From the NCBI GenBank assembly GCA_000004695.1, contig CM000150.2:1376001-1440000 (forward strand): a stretch of 64,000 nt of DNA. The letters are read 5' to 3'. Positions 32,319-44,167 of the stretch are shown here, in pieces (the stretch's first letter is position 1; every line of letters begins with the position of its first letter). This DNA is from Dictyostelium discoideum (taxonomy: Eukaryota). The notes under the pieces are model-generated. The model saw only the letters and a program-made list of their open reading frames with translations, was not told where the DNA came from and searched no databases. A program made the translations under genes and the position numbers.

Positions 32319-34331
32319 TTAATTTGATAAAGAATATTCTAAAGCTTTATCAGTAGAGTTAAAGAAATGTTGATGATCAATTTTCTTTAAGAAACCAGTT
32401 CTATGCATAACTTTTTGTATTGCTGGACGAATATCTGACCAAAGGATAGTAACATTTTGAGATTTAAAGAAATCAACAATTTCATTTAAAACATCAATTG
32501 CAGTTGAATCAATTGAACTTACATTAACCATATCAATAATGACAGTATGAATTGTACCATTATCAATTGAAGGTGAATTATCACCACCAGTTGTTGCATT
32601 AATATTATTATTATTATTATTATTATTATCATTTGAAATTACATTATATAAACAATCACGGAAATGATTAACAGTATAATAAGTTAAACGAGCATCATAT
32701 CTAAGTATTTTAACTCTTTTATTTGTAATGGCACCAGAATAATGATTAACATTTCTAAATACTAAAGTACCAGGTAATCTACCTAGTGTTACTAATTGTG
32801 GACGAGCAGAGAAATAAATAATTTGAAGTATAGAAACACAAAAAGCAACAACAATACCAATTTCTGAACCAAGCATTAATGTAATAATGAAAACGAATAA
32901 TAATTGAGCAAAACCTAAAACCTCACCATGTTTAAATAGTTCATAACTTTCTTTAAATTCAAATAGTGATATTGCAGCAGCAATTACAATTGCAGATAGA
33001 ATACATAATGGAGTATGTTTGATGATTGGAGTAAGGAATAATAAAACACAAGCTACAATAATACCAGAAACTATTGAACAAACTCTTGATCTTGAATTTG
33101 TTTGGAAATTAACAGCAGTACGAGAGAAAGAACCAGTTGCAGGCATAGCTTGAAGGAAAGAACCAATTAAATTTACCATACCCAATGAAATTAACTCTTG
33201 AGATGGATCGATTGTATATTTTCTAATTGAAGAGAATTTCTTTGCAATTGAAATTGATTCAACAAAACCTAAAATCGATATGATGAAAGCACCAACAATC
33301 AATTTACCAATTCTTTCAGCAGTTAATGATACAGCTTTTGGTGTTGGTAAACCACTTGGAATACTATCAATAATTTTAATACCATGAGATTTTGAATCGA
33401 TAAAGTAAGAGATTAAAGTTGATAAAATTAAAATAATAACTGCAATTGGTACTTTATATTTTAATTTCTGATTTAATTGTCTAAATAATATTAAAATTGC
33501 TAAAGCAGTTACACCAAATAAAACTGTCCAACCATGAATTGAACGAAAATGTTCAATATAGGCTTCAACAAATTCTGGAAATGTTGAAACTGTACTTGGT
33601 ACTGGTATTGATGTTAAACCTTTAATTTGACTACAAATGATTAATAAAGAAGCAGCTTGAATAAAACCCATTAAAATTGGATTACTTAATAGATTTTCAA
33701 TTATAAAACCAGCTCTTAAGAAACCAATTGTCATTAGAATTAAACCTGATAAAAGTGATAAACAAATTGCCTCTGTTAAATATTCTGGATCAGTCGATGG
33801 TAAACCAATAACATTTGGAATTAATAAACTAACCATTGCAACTGGGCCAACTGAAATTTCATTTGATGTACCAAAAATACCATAAACTATTGGACCAATG
33901 AATGCAGAATATAAACCATAGATTGCTGGTAAACCACCTAAAATTGCATAAGCCATAGATTGTGGTACCAACATAAGACCGACTGTAATCGATGAAATAA
34001 CATCATCTTTTATATATTTTAATTTATAACTTGGTACCCATCTTGTAATTGGTAGCATTGATAATAGAAATGCCTTTATAACTTGTCTATTAATTTCATT
34101 AATTACTTTTGTAACTATTAATTCCTTTAAAGAGAATTGATATGAACCTGGTGAATATGATTTATGAATTGGTACATATTGAGTTGGATCAACTGCTTTT
34201 CTTGCATCACCTCTTATATCTGGTGATCTTCTAATCATTTTTATAGTTTCAATAATTGTTGGATATTGATTTTTAAATTTATTTATAATTTCTAAAAAAT
34301 AAAAAAAAAAAAAATAAAAAAAAATACACAT
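32319..34331 (-). CDS. Second SulP/SLC26-family sulfate transporter with a STAS domain, paralog of the 4972..7578 gene. The first about 31 track residues (MCIFFYFFFF..) are probably intron/UTR read-through. The real N-terminus may be the internal MIRRSPD, or the upstream ORF 34358..35401 joined by an intron.
   Basis: The SulP signature is present (DDVISSITVGLMLVPQSMAYAILGGLPAIYGLYSAFIGPIVYGIFGTSNEISVGPVAMVSLL), along with multiple TM segments and a STAS-like C-terminus (VIIDMVNVSSIDSTAIDVLNEIVDFFKSQNVTILWSDI). Confidence 0.8.
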   Translation of the reverse strand: MCIFFYFFFFYFLEIINKFKNQYPTIIETIKMIRRSPDIRGDARKAVDPTQYVPIHKSYSPGSYQFSLKELIVTKVINEINRQVIKAFLLSMLPITRWVPSYKLKYIKDDVISSITVGLMLVPQSMAYAILGGLPAIYGLYSAFIGPIVYGIFGTSNEISVGPVAMVSLLIPNVIGLPSTDPEYLTEAICLSLLSGLILMTIGFLRAGFIIENLLSNPILMGFIQAASLLIICSQIKGLTSIPVPSTVSTFPEFVEAYIEHFRSIHGWTVLFGVTALAILILFRQLNQKLKYKVPIAVIILILSTLISYFIDSKSHGIKIIDSIPSGLPTPKAVSLTAERIGKLIVGAFIISILGFVESISIAKKFSSIRKYTIDPSQELISLGMVNLIGSFLQAMPATGSFSRTAVNFQTNSRSRVCSIVSGIIVACVLLFLTPIIKHTPLCILSAIVIAAAISLFEFKESYELFKHGEVLGFAQLLFVFIITLMLGSEIGIVVAFCVSILQIIYFSARPQLVTLGRLPGTLVFRNVNHYSGAITNKRVKILRYDARLTYYTVNHFRDCLYNVISNDNNNNNNNNINATTGGDNSPSIDNGTIHTVIIDMVNVSSIDSTAIDVLNEIVDFFKSQNVTILWSDIRPAIQKVMHRTGFLKKIDHQHFFNSTDKALEYSLSN

Positions 34332-34357
34332 ATTAATAATTTATATATAGATAATTT

Positions 34358-34755
34358 TTAAAAATAATTATTATTATTTTTACCATTATAACAATCATTA
34401 ACAAATGAATCAAAATATTGATCAATTGTTTGATCAATAATTAAAGGATCTTGTTCAACTGAAAGTGAAAATGAAATTTCTTCACGTTTTTTATAACTTA
34501 AACTAAGGAAATATTCTTTTAATTCTCTTTTCATTTGTGAAATTGATTTTAATTGACCATCAGAATCTTTATATAAATCATTTGAAAAATCATCAGTATC
34601 TTTATCACTTAATTCACTAAATAAATTATCTTCAATAATATCATCTTGATCAGGACTCATTAATCTATTTGAATTAATACTTGATTTTAATAAACTATTA
34701 TTATCACTTATATATGGTAAATTTAAATTATTTATATCACTTCCTTCATGTATAC

Positions 34756-34828
<73 letters not shown>

Positions 34829-35401
34829 GTTTTTATCATTATTATTATTATTATTATTATTATCATCATCACTACTACTACTATTATTATTATTTTCATA
34901 AACTTCTAATAAATTTTCATTTGATCTTTCTTTTTTTGAATTTTTTAATTCATTTGGAGTGAATAAAATATTATTTGGTGAATTTAAATTATTATTATTA
35001 TTATTATTATTATTTTTATTTTTATTTTTATTATTTTTATTTATTAAAAGATTTGGTGATTTTGGTGATGGTTTAGTATTTGTAATTGTATTTAAAAGAT
35101 TATCAAAATATGATAAAGAATCTTCAAATCTTTTTTTAATTCTTTGATTTAATTCCATATCGGAATCTTTATTCTTTAAAATGTCCACTACCATATTATC
35201 TCTTGGTGATGAGATTTCAATATTCTCCATTTCAACACCAGCACTACCACCCAAATAAGTTGATCTTCTTACACCACTAAAGTCACTAGAATTTGATGAT
35301 CCATCGTCATATTGATCAGCATTGTTATATGGTGATCCTGATGGTCCTGATAATGGAGTATTTTCTAAATTTCCATTTTCATTATCGATTTTTTTTGTCA
35401 T
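34358..35401 (-). CDS. Asn/Asp-rich hydrophilic ORF (347 aa). It is either a separate gene or, more likely, the 5' exon of the downstream SulP transporter. The proposed donor GTAAAAAT is near 34381 and the acceptor TTTTTTAG near 34292, positions +/-1.
   Basis: The ORF ends only about 26 nt before the SulP ORF begins. A GTAAAA donor lies 8 codons before its stop, and an about 88-nt AT-rich interval ends in a long T-tract + AG, after which the SulP frame is already open (…EIINKFKNQYPTIIETIKMIRR…). The phase matches (1 nt + 2 nt). Confidence 0.45.
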
Positions 35402-35491
35402 TCTTTAAAATAAAATATAAAAAAAAAATATTAATAAATAAATTAATAAACAAATCTTAAAAAAAAGATTTTAGAAAAAGATTTTAGAAAG

Positions 35492-35534
<43 letters not shown>

Positions 35535-35973
35535 AAAAAAAAAAAAAGAAAAAAAGAGAAAAAAAAAAAAAATATATAAGTTTATAGTAAATCAATTTTT
35601 TTTTTATTGTAATTTGGGTGATTAGAAAGAAAAAAAAAAAATAATAATAATAATAAACAATAATAATTACATTGCAATTATTTAAAAATGAAGTCATGTA
35701 AAAATTAAAAAAAATTAGAAAAATAAAAAAATAAAAAAATAAAAAATAAATAAATGTATACACAATATTAATATTTAAATTACAATAAACAATAGGTTTC
35801 TTTTGATTATTTCTCCCATATATATATAAATCTATAAAAAAAAATAAATAAAAAAAAAAATAAAAAATAAACAAATAATGGTCATGGTAATAATGATAAT
35901 AATAATAGTGGTAAATTTAAAAAAAGTAACCATTTGACAATGATTGTGGTTATAGTGTGGTATTTAACATTAA

Positions 35974-36016
<43 letters not shown>

Positions 36017-36068
36017 AAATGTGTTTATACTATATCTATATATAGGGGTGATTTAAAAAAATAAAAAA

Positions 36069-36103
<35 letters not shown>

Positions 36104-37381
36104 AAAAAAAAGAAAGAAAGAAAGAAATAAATAATTTTTACCTTTTCGTTAATATAAAAATGAATGGTTATATGTTAATCTATTTTTTAAATATGTTTTT
36201 AGATATCTTTTTTTTTTTTATTATTTATTTATTTTTTTTTTTTTTTTTTTTTTTATTTAAAAAAATTTTTAATAAACTTTTTTTTTTTTTTTTTTTTTAA
36301 AGAAATATAGAATTTTATTTATTTAAAAAAATTATTATTATAATAATTGATAAAAAAAAATAATAATATTAAAAAATAAAAAACAAACTTGATAACATAA
36401 TAAAAAAAAAAAAAAAAAAAAAACTTGATAACATGAAAAAAAAAAAAAATTAAAAAAAAAACTAAAAAGAAATCAAGCAACGTTGCCACCCCCAACATTC
36501 ACCACCGAATGGTTATGCAAATTAAAAAAAAAAAAAAAAAAACTGGTTATGTTGGGTGAAAAAAAAATAAAAAAAAAAAAAAATTAGATAAAATTCCCCA
36601 CAACTGGTGAAAAATAATTTTTTTGAATTAAATTTTTTAATTTTTTGATTGGTCTGTCACCCCATCTACACCATTTATAATAATCTGATAGAAAATTTAA
36701 ACTGCCAGGCAAATAAAAGACAAAAAACACAAAAAAACAAAAAAACAAAATAAAATACAAAATAAAAATAATAATAATAATAATTTTTGAATAGTTGCCA
36801 AATTTACTTTTTTTTTATTAATTTATGATGTTTTGACATTTTTTTTAAATTATATTTGATTTTTGTAAAATACAAAAATAAATTTCCTTAAAATATTAAA
36901 ACAAATATTTGTTTAAAATTGTATCTACATGTAAATATATATCGGGTTCGCTTGGACGCATAAATAAACAATTATTGGTGGATTATGGTTCAAAAAAAAA
37001 TTAAAAAAATTAAAAAATTAAAAATAAAAAATTAAAAATAAAAAAATAAAAAAAAAATAAAATTAAAAAAAAAATTTGTGTCAGTTTAACAAAAAAAAAA
37101 AAATTGAAAATAAAAAAAAGAAAAATCGATGGAACATTTAATGGAACCAAAGAAATACTTTCTTTAATTAATTAATATTCATTATCCTTTTTTTATTTAT
37201 TTTTTATTTCATTGGTTACCAAAAAAATAAAAAAAAAAAAAATGTAAAAATTTTTAAGGCAGTAATTACTGTTTTATTTTTTAGTTTTTTTTTTTTTTAT
37301 GATTAGTTCTGTTAAAAATTTTTATCTTTTAATATACTGGATTATTTTAAAACCTGGTTTCAATCAAATTTCAAAACTAAT

Positions 37382-37417
<36 letters not shown>

Positions 37418-37922
37418 AAACCAGTTACTCTTAATTTCGTTTTTTGTAAAAAAACTGGTTTTATTTGGTGAAAAGTGGCCTGATTTCATTTGGTGAAAAG
37501 TGGGAAAAAAAAAAAAAAATTAAAGTTTCAAAGTTGTTTTTTTTTTTTTTTTTTTTTTTTTTTCCTTGCACCAATATTTTATCAATTTAAAAAAACATTC
37601 GAATTTGATTTTTCTTTTTTTTTTATTATTTTATATTTCTTTTTTTTTATTTTTTTATTTATTTAACAATGATTTAATTTTATTTATTTTTAACATGAAT
37701 TAAGTAATATAAAAAAGATCACTCAAAAATACACATAATTATTTTTTTTTTTTCCCAAAGCACCAGATCTGAATGTTCTTATCAATTAAAAAAAAAACAA
37801 GAGTTTTTGTTTGGTTAAATTTTTTTTGATTTTGAAAAGATTTACTTTATAATAAAATAAAATAAAGTTTTATTTTTAAAAAAAGAAAAAAAAAAAAATA
37901 CAAAGAACAATAATTATAAAAT

Positions 37923-37964
<42 letters not shown>

Positions 37965-38053
37965 TTTATTTTATTTGCTTCATATCTATATAAATATTGT
38001 AGTTGATTTTGTAATGTTATTTTATTATTTGATTTTTTGATTTTTTTTTTTTT

Positions 38054-38092
<39 letters not shown>

Positions 38093-38124
38093 TATTAATT
38101 ACATAAATGATAATTCAATTGAAA

Positions 38125-39255
38125 TTAATCCCAAGCAGATGGAATAGTTTGAGTTGGTGGTTGAGATCTTCTTCCTCTATATGGTGGTCTAGTTGCTCTA
38201 TGTCTCAATGGAACAATTGTAATTGTAATATCATCATCACCATCTCTAATTGGATTTGGAACATCATTTGAATTTCCAGTTGTGGTATCAATTGGAGTTT
38301 CAGGTGTTTCGGTTGGAGTTTGAGTTGGTGGTTGAGTTGGTGGTTGAGTTGGTGGTTGAGTTGGTGGTTGAGTTGGTGGGAAAGTCAAAACCTCTGAGGA
38401 GGATGAATCAACTTCTTCTGAAGAAGAAGCAGAAATTGGAATTGGTGATTGAGTTGGTCTGGCAGTTGGTGGTAATGTGACATCAATGGATGGAGATTGT
38501 TTATAACATAGATCATTTGCAATTAAAGAGTAAAATAAAGTTATACCTTTGCATTCTGGAGCACTACAACTATGAGATAATAATAATTCAACTTTACTGA
38601 TTTTACTTGAAGAAATTGATGGATAAAAGATATCATAAGTGGTCAAAGAACCACCAGTCCATTTCAAGTTTGCAGAAGCTCTACCAACATTTAAATTTGA
38701 TTGTAATCTCACGATATCCTTTTGACCATGGTGTAATAGACCACGTTCCAATTCTTGCCATGTTGTACCTGGCAATAATTGACCTGACCAATCGTAGGCT
38801 TTAATATTCAAAACAGCATTTGGTGTCATTCCAAACACAAGTAATATAAATTCCTTCTTCTTTTCAAACTGTTCTCTAAATGAAAAAGTTACAGAGGATT
38901 CCTTTTTACCACAAGTATAATGCATCAAGGATTTAATATCTTGTTTACCTGCGACATCAAAGAATGGAGCATTTTCACGTTCTAATTTTTCATATGGATG
39001 TAAATTACCAACTAATAATGGATTGTTTTCACCACTAATTTCAACCAATACCTCTGGAAATGTATTATTAACACTCTCTCCCCATTGTAAAACATAAGGA
39101 TCTGTATTAAATCCAAATGGCTGAACTTTATCAACTCCTAAATATTCTAAATTACCAATACAATTAAAAAATGGAAAATTATCACCATTTTGACCATTTA
39201 TTAATTTTAAATTCAAAATATTAATTGAAATTATTAATAATATTATTAATTTCAT
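38125..39255 (-). CDS. Secreted protein with an N-terminal signal peptide, a Cys-containing globular region and a C-terminal (PTQP)n Pro/Thr-rich, likely O-glycosylated repeat.
   Basis: MKLIILLIISINILNLKLINGQ is a signal-peptide-like start. A 12-bp tandem repeat (GGTTGAGTTGGT, about 5 copies at 38325-38385) encodes PTQPPTQPPTQPPTQPPTQ. No family is recognised. Confidence 0.55.
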   Translation of the reverse strand: MKLIILLIISINILNLKLINGQNGDNFPFFNCIGNLEYLGVDKVQPFGFNTDPYVLQWGESVNNTFPEVLVEISGENNPLLVGNLHPYEKLERENAPFFDVAGKQDIKSLMHYTCGKKESSVTFSFREQFEKKKEFILLVFGMTPNAVLNIKAYDWSGQLLPGTTWQELERGLLHHGQKDIVRLQSNLNVGRASANLKWTGGSLTTYDIFYPSISSSKISKVELLLSHSCSAPECKGITLFYSLIANDLCYKQSPSIDVTLPPTARPTQSPIPISASSSEEVDSSSSEVLTFPPTQPPTQPPTQPPTQPPTQTPTETPETPIDTTTGNSNDVPNPIRDGDDDITITIVPLRHRATRPPYRGRRSQPPTQTIPSAWD

Positions 39256-41540
39256 TTTTTTTTTTTTTTTTTTTTTTTATATTTTTTAAAATTTAGATAT
39301 TTTATAAATTTATAGATTTAATTTAAATTTTTAAAATAAATAAAAAATAAAATTAATTATTATTAGTAGTTTTTTTTTTTTTTTTTTTTATAATTATTTA
39401 TTAAATAATTTTAAAATAATTATATAGATATATTTTTTTAAATTGAAATAAAAATAAAAATGAAAATAAAAAATTCAAATTTAAAAGAATTTGGAATTTT
39501 GAGTTATTTATTTTTATTTGTTGATTATTTTTTTTTATTTTTATTTTTTCTTTTGCTATTAATATATTTTAAAAAAGTTTAAAATGTTAAATGATGATGT
39601 TTTTAGATTTTTTTTTATTTTATTTTAATTCTTATTTATATAAAATTGTTAAAGTAATATAAATTGTTGAAAAAATAATATTAAAAGAAATTGAACAAAA
39701 TTTGACCGTCCTACAAAAATTTGTTATTGTTTTTTCCTTTTATTGTTTTTTTTTTTTTTTTTTTTTTTTTTTTTGATGATGTTTTTTGTTTATTTTTAAT
39801 TATCTATGTAATATTTTTATTTTTATTTTTATTTTTATTTTTATTTTTTATTTTTATTTTCTTATTTTTTTTTTTTTTTGTTGAATAAATAATTATTAAA
39901 TTAAATTAATTATTTATTATTATTTATATTATTTTTTTTTTTTTTTTTTTTTTTTTCTTTTTTTTTTTTTTTACATTATTGTGTATTTTCTTCGTGATAT
40001 ATACATTTGAAAATCATTGCGCTTACAAAAAATGAAAAAATATTTGTATATGTTTGGTGTTAATTTATTTAGCACATGTGAAAAACAAATCTATTATGGG
40101 TGTGGGTCTGTGTGTGTTAAGGGTGTGCATAAAAATGGGGTTATCATAAAAAAAAAAAAAAAAAAAAAAAATATTTAATGTTTTGAATAATTATAGTGAT
40201 AATTGTGATCAAAAAACAATTTTCATATTTCTCATTATTTTTTGAATGACATTATGAAATATTGAAAGAAAAAGAGAGTGTAAATGAGTGTGTGATAGTG
40301 TGTTTTTTTTCGAAACCAATGTAACCTTTCCTCAACAAAGAGATCTCTTTTTTTTTTTTTTTTTTTTTTAAAAATAAAAAATAAAAATAAAAATAATTAA
40401 ATACAACGATATTGCCATTAGTCATAATACATAAATTAATATATATATATATATATATAATACATATGTATATAAATTTATTTATTTTTATTTTTTTTAT
40501 TATTTTTTTTTTATTTTTTTTTTTATTTTTTTTATTTTTTTTATTTTTTTATTTTTTTGTAGATGATATCAGAGTTTTGTATTACAAGATATAAGAAATT
40601 TACATTTTTACATATAACGTGTATATAACGTATATATTTGGAATTATAATGCAGAATAAAGTGTATTTCTACATTAATTAGAAAAATAATACGAGTGTGT
40701 ATGTGTTAGTGTGGGTTATTATTACATGAGTGCTTTAAAAAAGTATACATATGAATTACCAATTAAATATAGTAATTTTTTGATTGGTTATTCATATTTT
40801 AAGAGTGGTATCTAAATTTAGATAAAATAAAATCATTTTAGTTTATTTTTAAAATAATTTTATTTTTTTTTATTTTTTTTTTATTTTTTTAAATTTTAAT
40901 TTTGATTTTGATTTTTTTTTTTTTTTTTTTTCAAAATTTTTAATTTAATTTTAATTTTCTTGGGAATTTAATGTGTGTGTTTGGTGTGAATAATAATAAT
41001 AATAACAGATAAATTGTTAATAACAATCTTGCCAGATAATAAATATAAAATAATTATAAAAAAAACCGTATTTTATAGATATTTATTTATTTTTTTTCAT
41101 TTTACTTTCTTTGATTTTAAAATAATAATAAATTGAAGAAACCTCAGTCCCTTGAAACAAATAATTAGTAAATTTACTTTCAATTATTATAATAATTGTT
41201 ACAGTCACCAACCACTCACTCACTCACTCACTTACTCACTCTCACCAGAGAGAGATACACTAATTCGATATTATTGATGCTATAAATAAAAATAATAAAA
41301 ATAATAATAATAATTAAAAGATTCACACTTTATTCATTATTACTACATTCCACTAAATTGTGAGACCATAAAATATCAATATTGTTCTACATAATACAAT
41401 AAAGAAGCATCTTTATTAGAAATAAAAAGAAGGAGAAAAAAACAAAAACAAAAAAAAACACAAAAAACAAACCAAAACAGATAATAACAAATAATAATAA
41501 TCTTAATTTATAAAAATTAAAAATAAAAAAATAATAGATA

Positions 41541-41572
41541 GAAATTCACACACACACAAACACACAAACACG
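41541..41572. promoter_or_regulatory. C/A-rich element (ACACACACAAACACACAAACAC) about 400 bp upstream of the MAK-like kinase ATG. It is a candidate Dictyostelium-type CA-rich promoter element. A (CACT)n-like block also lies at 41212-41245.
   Basis: C/A-rich islands stand out in >90% A+T intergenic DNA. Their function is purely inferred. Confidence 0.2.
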
Positions 41573-41605
41573 TATACCTGTTTATTCCATATTATGTAAA
41601 AAATA

Positions 41606-41895
<290 letters not shown>

Positions 41896-41928
41896 AATAA
41901 TCTTGTAAATTGTATATTAGTAATAAAT

Positions 41929-41960
<32 letters not shown>

Positions 41961-41971
41961 AAAGAAGGGAG

Positions 41972-42331
41972 ATGGAGAAATATCAATTCATTAAACAAGT
42001 TGGTGATGGTGCATATGGTGACGTTATAAAAGCTATAGATGTGAAAACTGGTGAGATTGTAGCAATAAAAAGAATGAAAAAGAAATTTAGTGATTGGAAA
42101 GAGTGTATTCAACTTCGAGAAATTAAAGCATTGAAGAAATTAAAGCATCCAAATATTGTCAAACTTTTAGAAATCATTTTAGAACGTGATGAATTATTCT
42201 TTGTTTTTGAATACCTTGAAAATAATCTCTATGAGTCAATTAAAGATAGAACAAAATTATTACCTGAAACAACAATTAGAAATATAATGTAAGTAATCAA
42301 TTTTAATTATTATTATTATTATATTGATAAT

Positions 42332-42366
<35 letters not shown>

Positions 42367-43421
42367 TTAATTACTTTTAAAAGATATCAAATTTTACAAG
42401 CATTGCATTTTATGCATACAAATGGATTCTTTCATAGAGATTTAAAACCAGAGAATATAATGTTGGTTGGGGAGAGATTAAAGATAGCAGATTTTGGATT
42501 GGCAAGAGAGATTGAGTCAAAGCCACCATTTACAGATTACATTTCAACTAGATGGTATAGAGCACCAGAAGTGCTATTGAGATGTACTTATTATAATGCA
42601 CCAATTGATATTTGGGCAGTTGGTGCGATTATGGCAGAACTATACTCTTTGAAACCAATGTTCCCTGGTTCAAGTGAAATTGACCAATTGTTTAAAATCT
42701 GTACCATTATGGGATCACCAACATCTGCAACTTGGATCGATGGTATTAAATTGGCAAATTCGATGGGTTTCACTTTCCCAAATGTTCAACCACCTTCAAT
42801 CAATCCATTATCAACACTATTACCAAATGCAAATCAAGATGCAATTGAATTAATCACTGATTTACTTCAATATGATCCTTTAAAAAGACCAACTCCTTTA
42901 CAAGCTTTACAACATAGATATTTTAAAGTTTCAATACCTTCTTCAATTTTATTAAAACCAAATTTCATTGAGCTTTCAAATAAATATTTAATTAAAAATG
43001 GTTATATAAATAATAATATTAATAATAATTCTAATTATTCAAATAATAATAATAATAATAATTTAAATTCAAATAGTGAGAATTTAAATAATGTAAACAA
43101 AAATAATCAACAACCACATTCACCACAAAAAATTCAAACACCAAAACCAAAAAATAGTTTTTTAAGAAAATCAAGATATTCTTATTTAAATAATGTATCA
43201 TTAGAAAATGTAAATAATAATAATAATAATTATAATAGTAATACAACAAGTGGGTATTATAATCAAAAATTAGATTCAACACCTAGATTATCACCAAGAA
43301 TCGTTAGACAGCAACAACAACAAATTTTATTACCTTTAATAATACAACAACAACCACCACCACAATCACAACCACCACAATCACAACCACCTCCACAATC
43401 TCAACCACCTCCAATTTTAAC

Positions 43422-43468
<47 letters not shown>

Positions 43469-43590
43469 TACCATCAAAAACAACGATTTATCATAATACC
43501 AATCATTTAAATGCTCCGATACCACCAAATCATCAAAGAGGAATTTCACCACAATTCTATAATGAAACAACAAATAATTCGAAATTGTAA
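41972..43590 (+). CDS. MAK/ICK/MOK (RCK-family, CDK/MAPK-like) serine/threonine kinase with a TDY activation-loop motif. Proposed structure is join(41972..42288,42384..43590).
   Basis: [94 protein letters not shown] | [62 protein letters not shown]...[20 protein letters not shown].. is collinear with human MAK over the whole kinase domain. Intron GTAAGT..AAAAG is at 42289-42383. The C-terminal tail is Asn/Gln/Pro-rich. Confidence 0.85.
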
Positions 43591-43980
43591 TAAAATTTAA
43601 TTTAAAAATTTTTTTTTTTTTTTTTGTACAATAATAAATAAAATAAAAACAAAAAAAAAATATGTTTATGTGTAGATATTTAATTTTTTAAATTTTTAAA
43701 AATATCTGATGTCATCAATAATTTATTTTTTTGTTTTATTAATTTAATATTTTCAAAATTTCCTAAATTGTTGACATTTGGCAAACAATTTATTTATTTA
43801 ATCAAAAAAAAAAAAAAAAAAAAACTATTATAAAGGATTTTGTTTATCAAATTTTTTTTTTTTTTTTTTTTCAGAAAAACTATTTATAGATTAAATTAAA
43901 TTAAATTTTATTAGAATCTTAACAATATTTTTTTTTTTTTTTTGGATAAATTGAGAAAAAAAATCACTTTTTTTTTTTTG

Positions 43981-44013
<33 letters not shown>

Positions 44014-44167
44014 TTTTGAAATTTGAAAAAATTTTATTTTATTTCACTTTTATTTATTCGTTACAAAAAAAAAAAAAAAAAAAATTGTAAAAAAACACAG
44101 AAAGTGTTTTTTAATAATTCAACTAAAGTAGTTTGTATATTTTATTTATTATATATATATATTTAAA

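Noticed and set aside
34321-34400. My base count in row 34321 places the ATG/stop 1 nt lower than the ORF-track coordinates (34331/34358). A 13- versus 14-A homopolymer count at 34290-34320 also disagrees with the track's translation.
   Set aside because: This is almost certainly my miscount of long homopolymers rather than a real frameshift or pseudogene signal. Track coordinates were kept for ORF ends and splice coordinates near there are flagged as +/-1.
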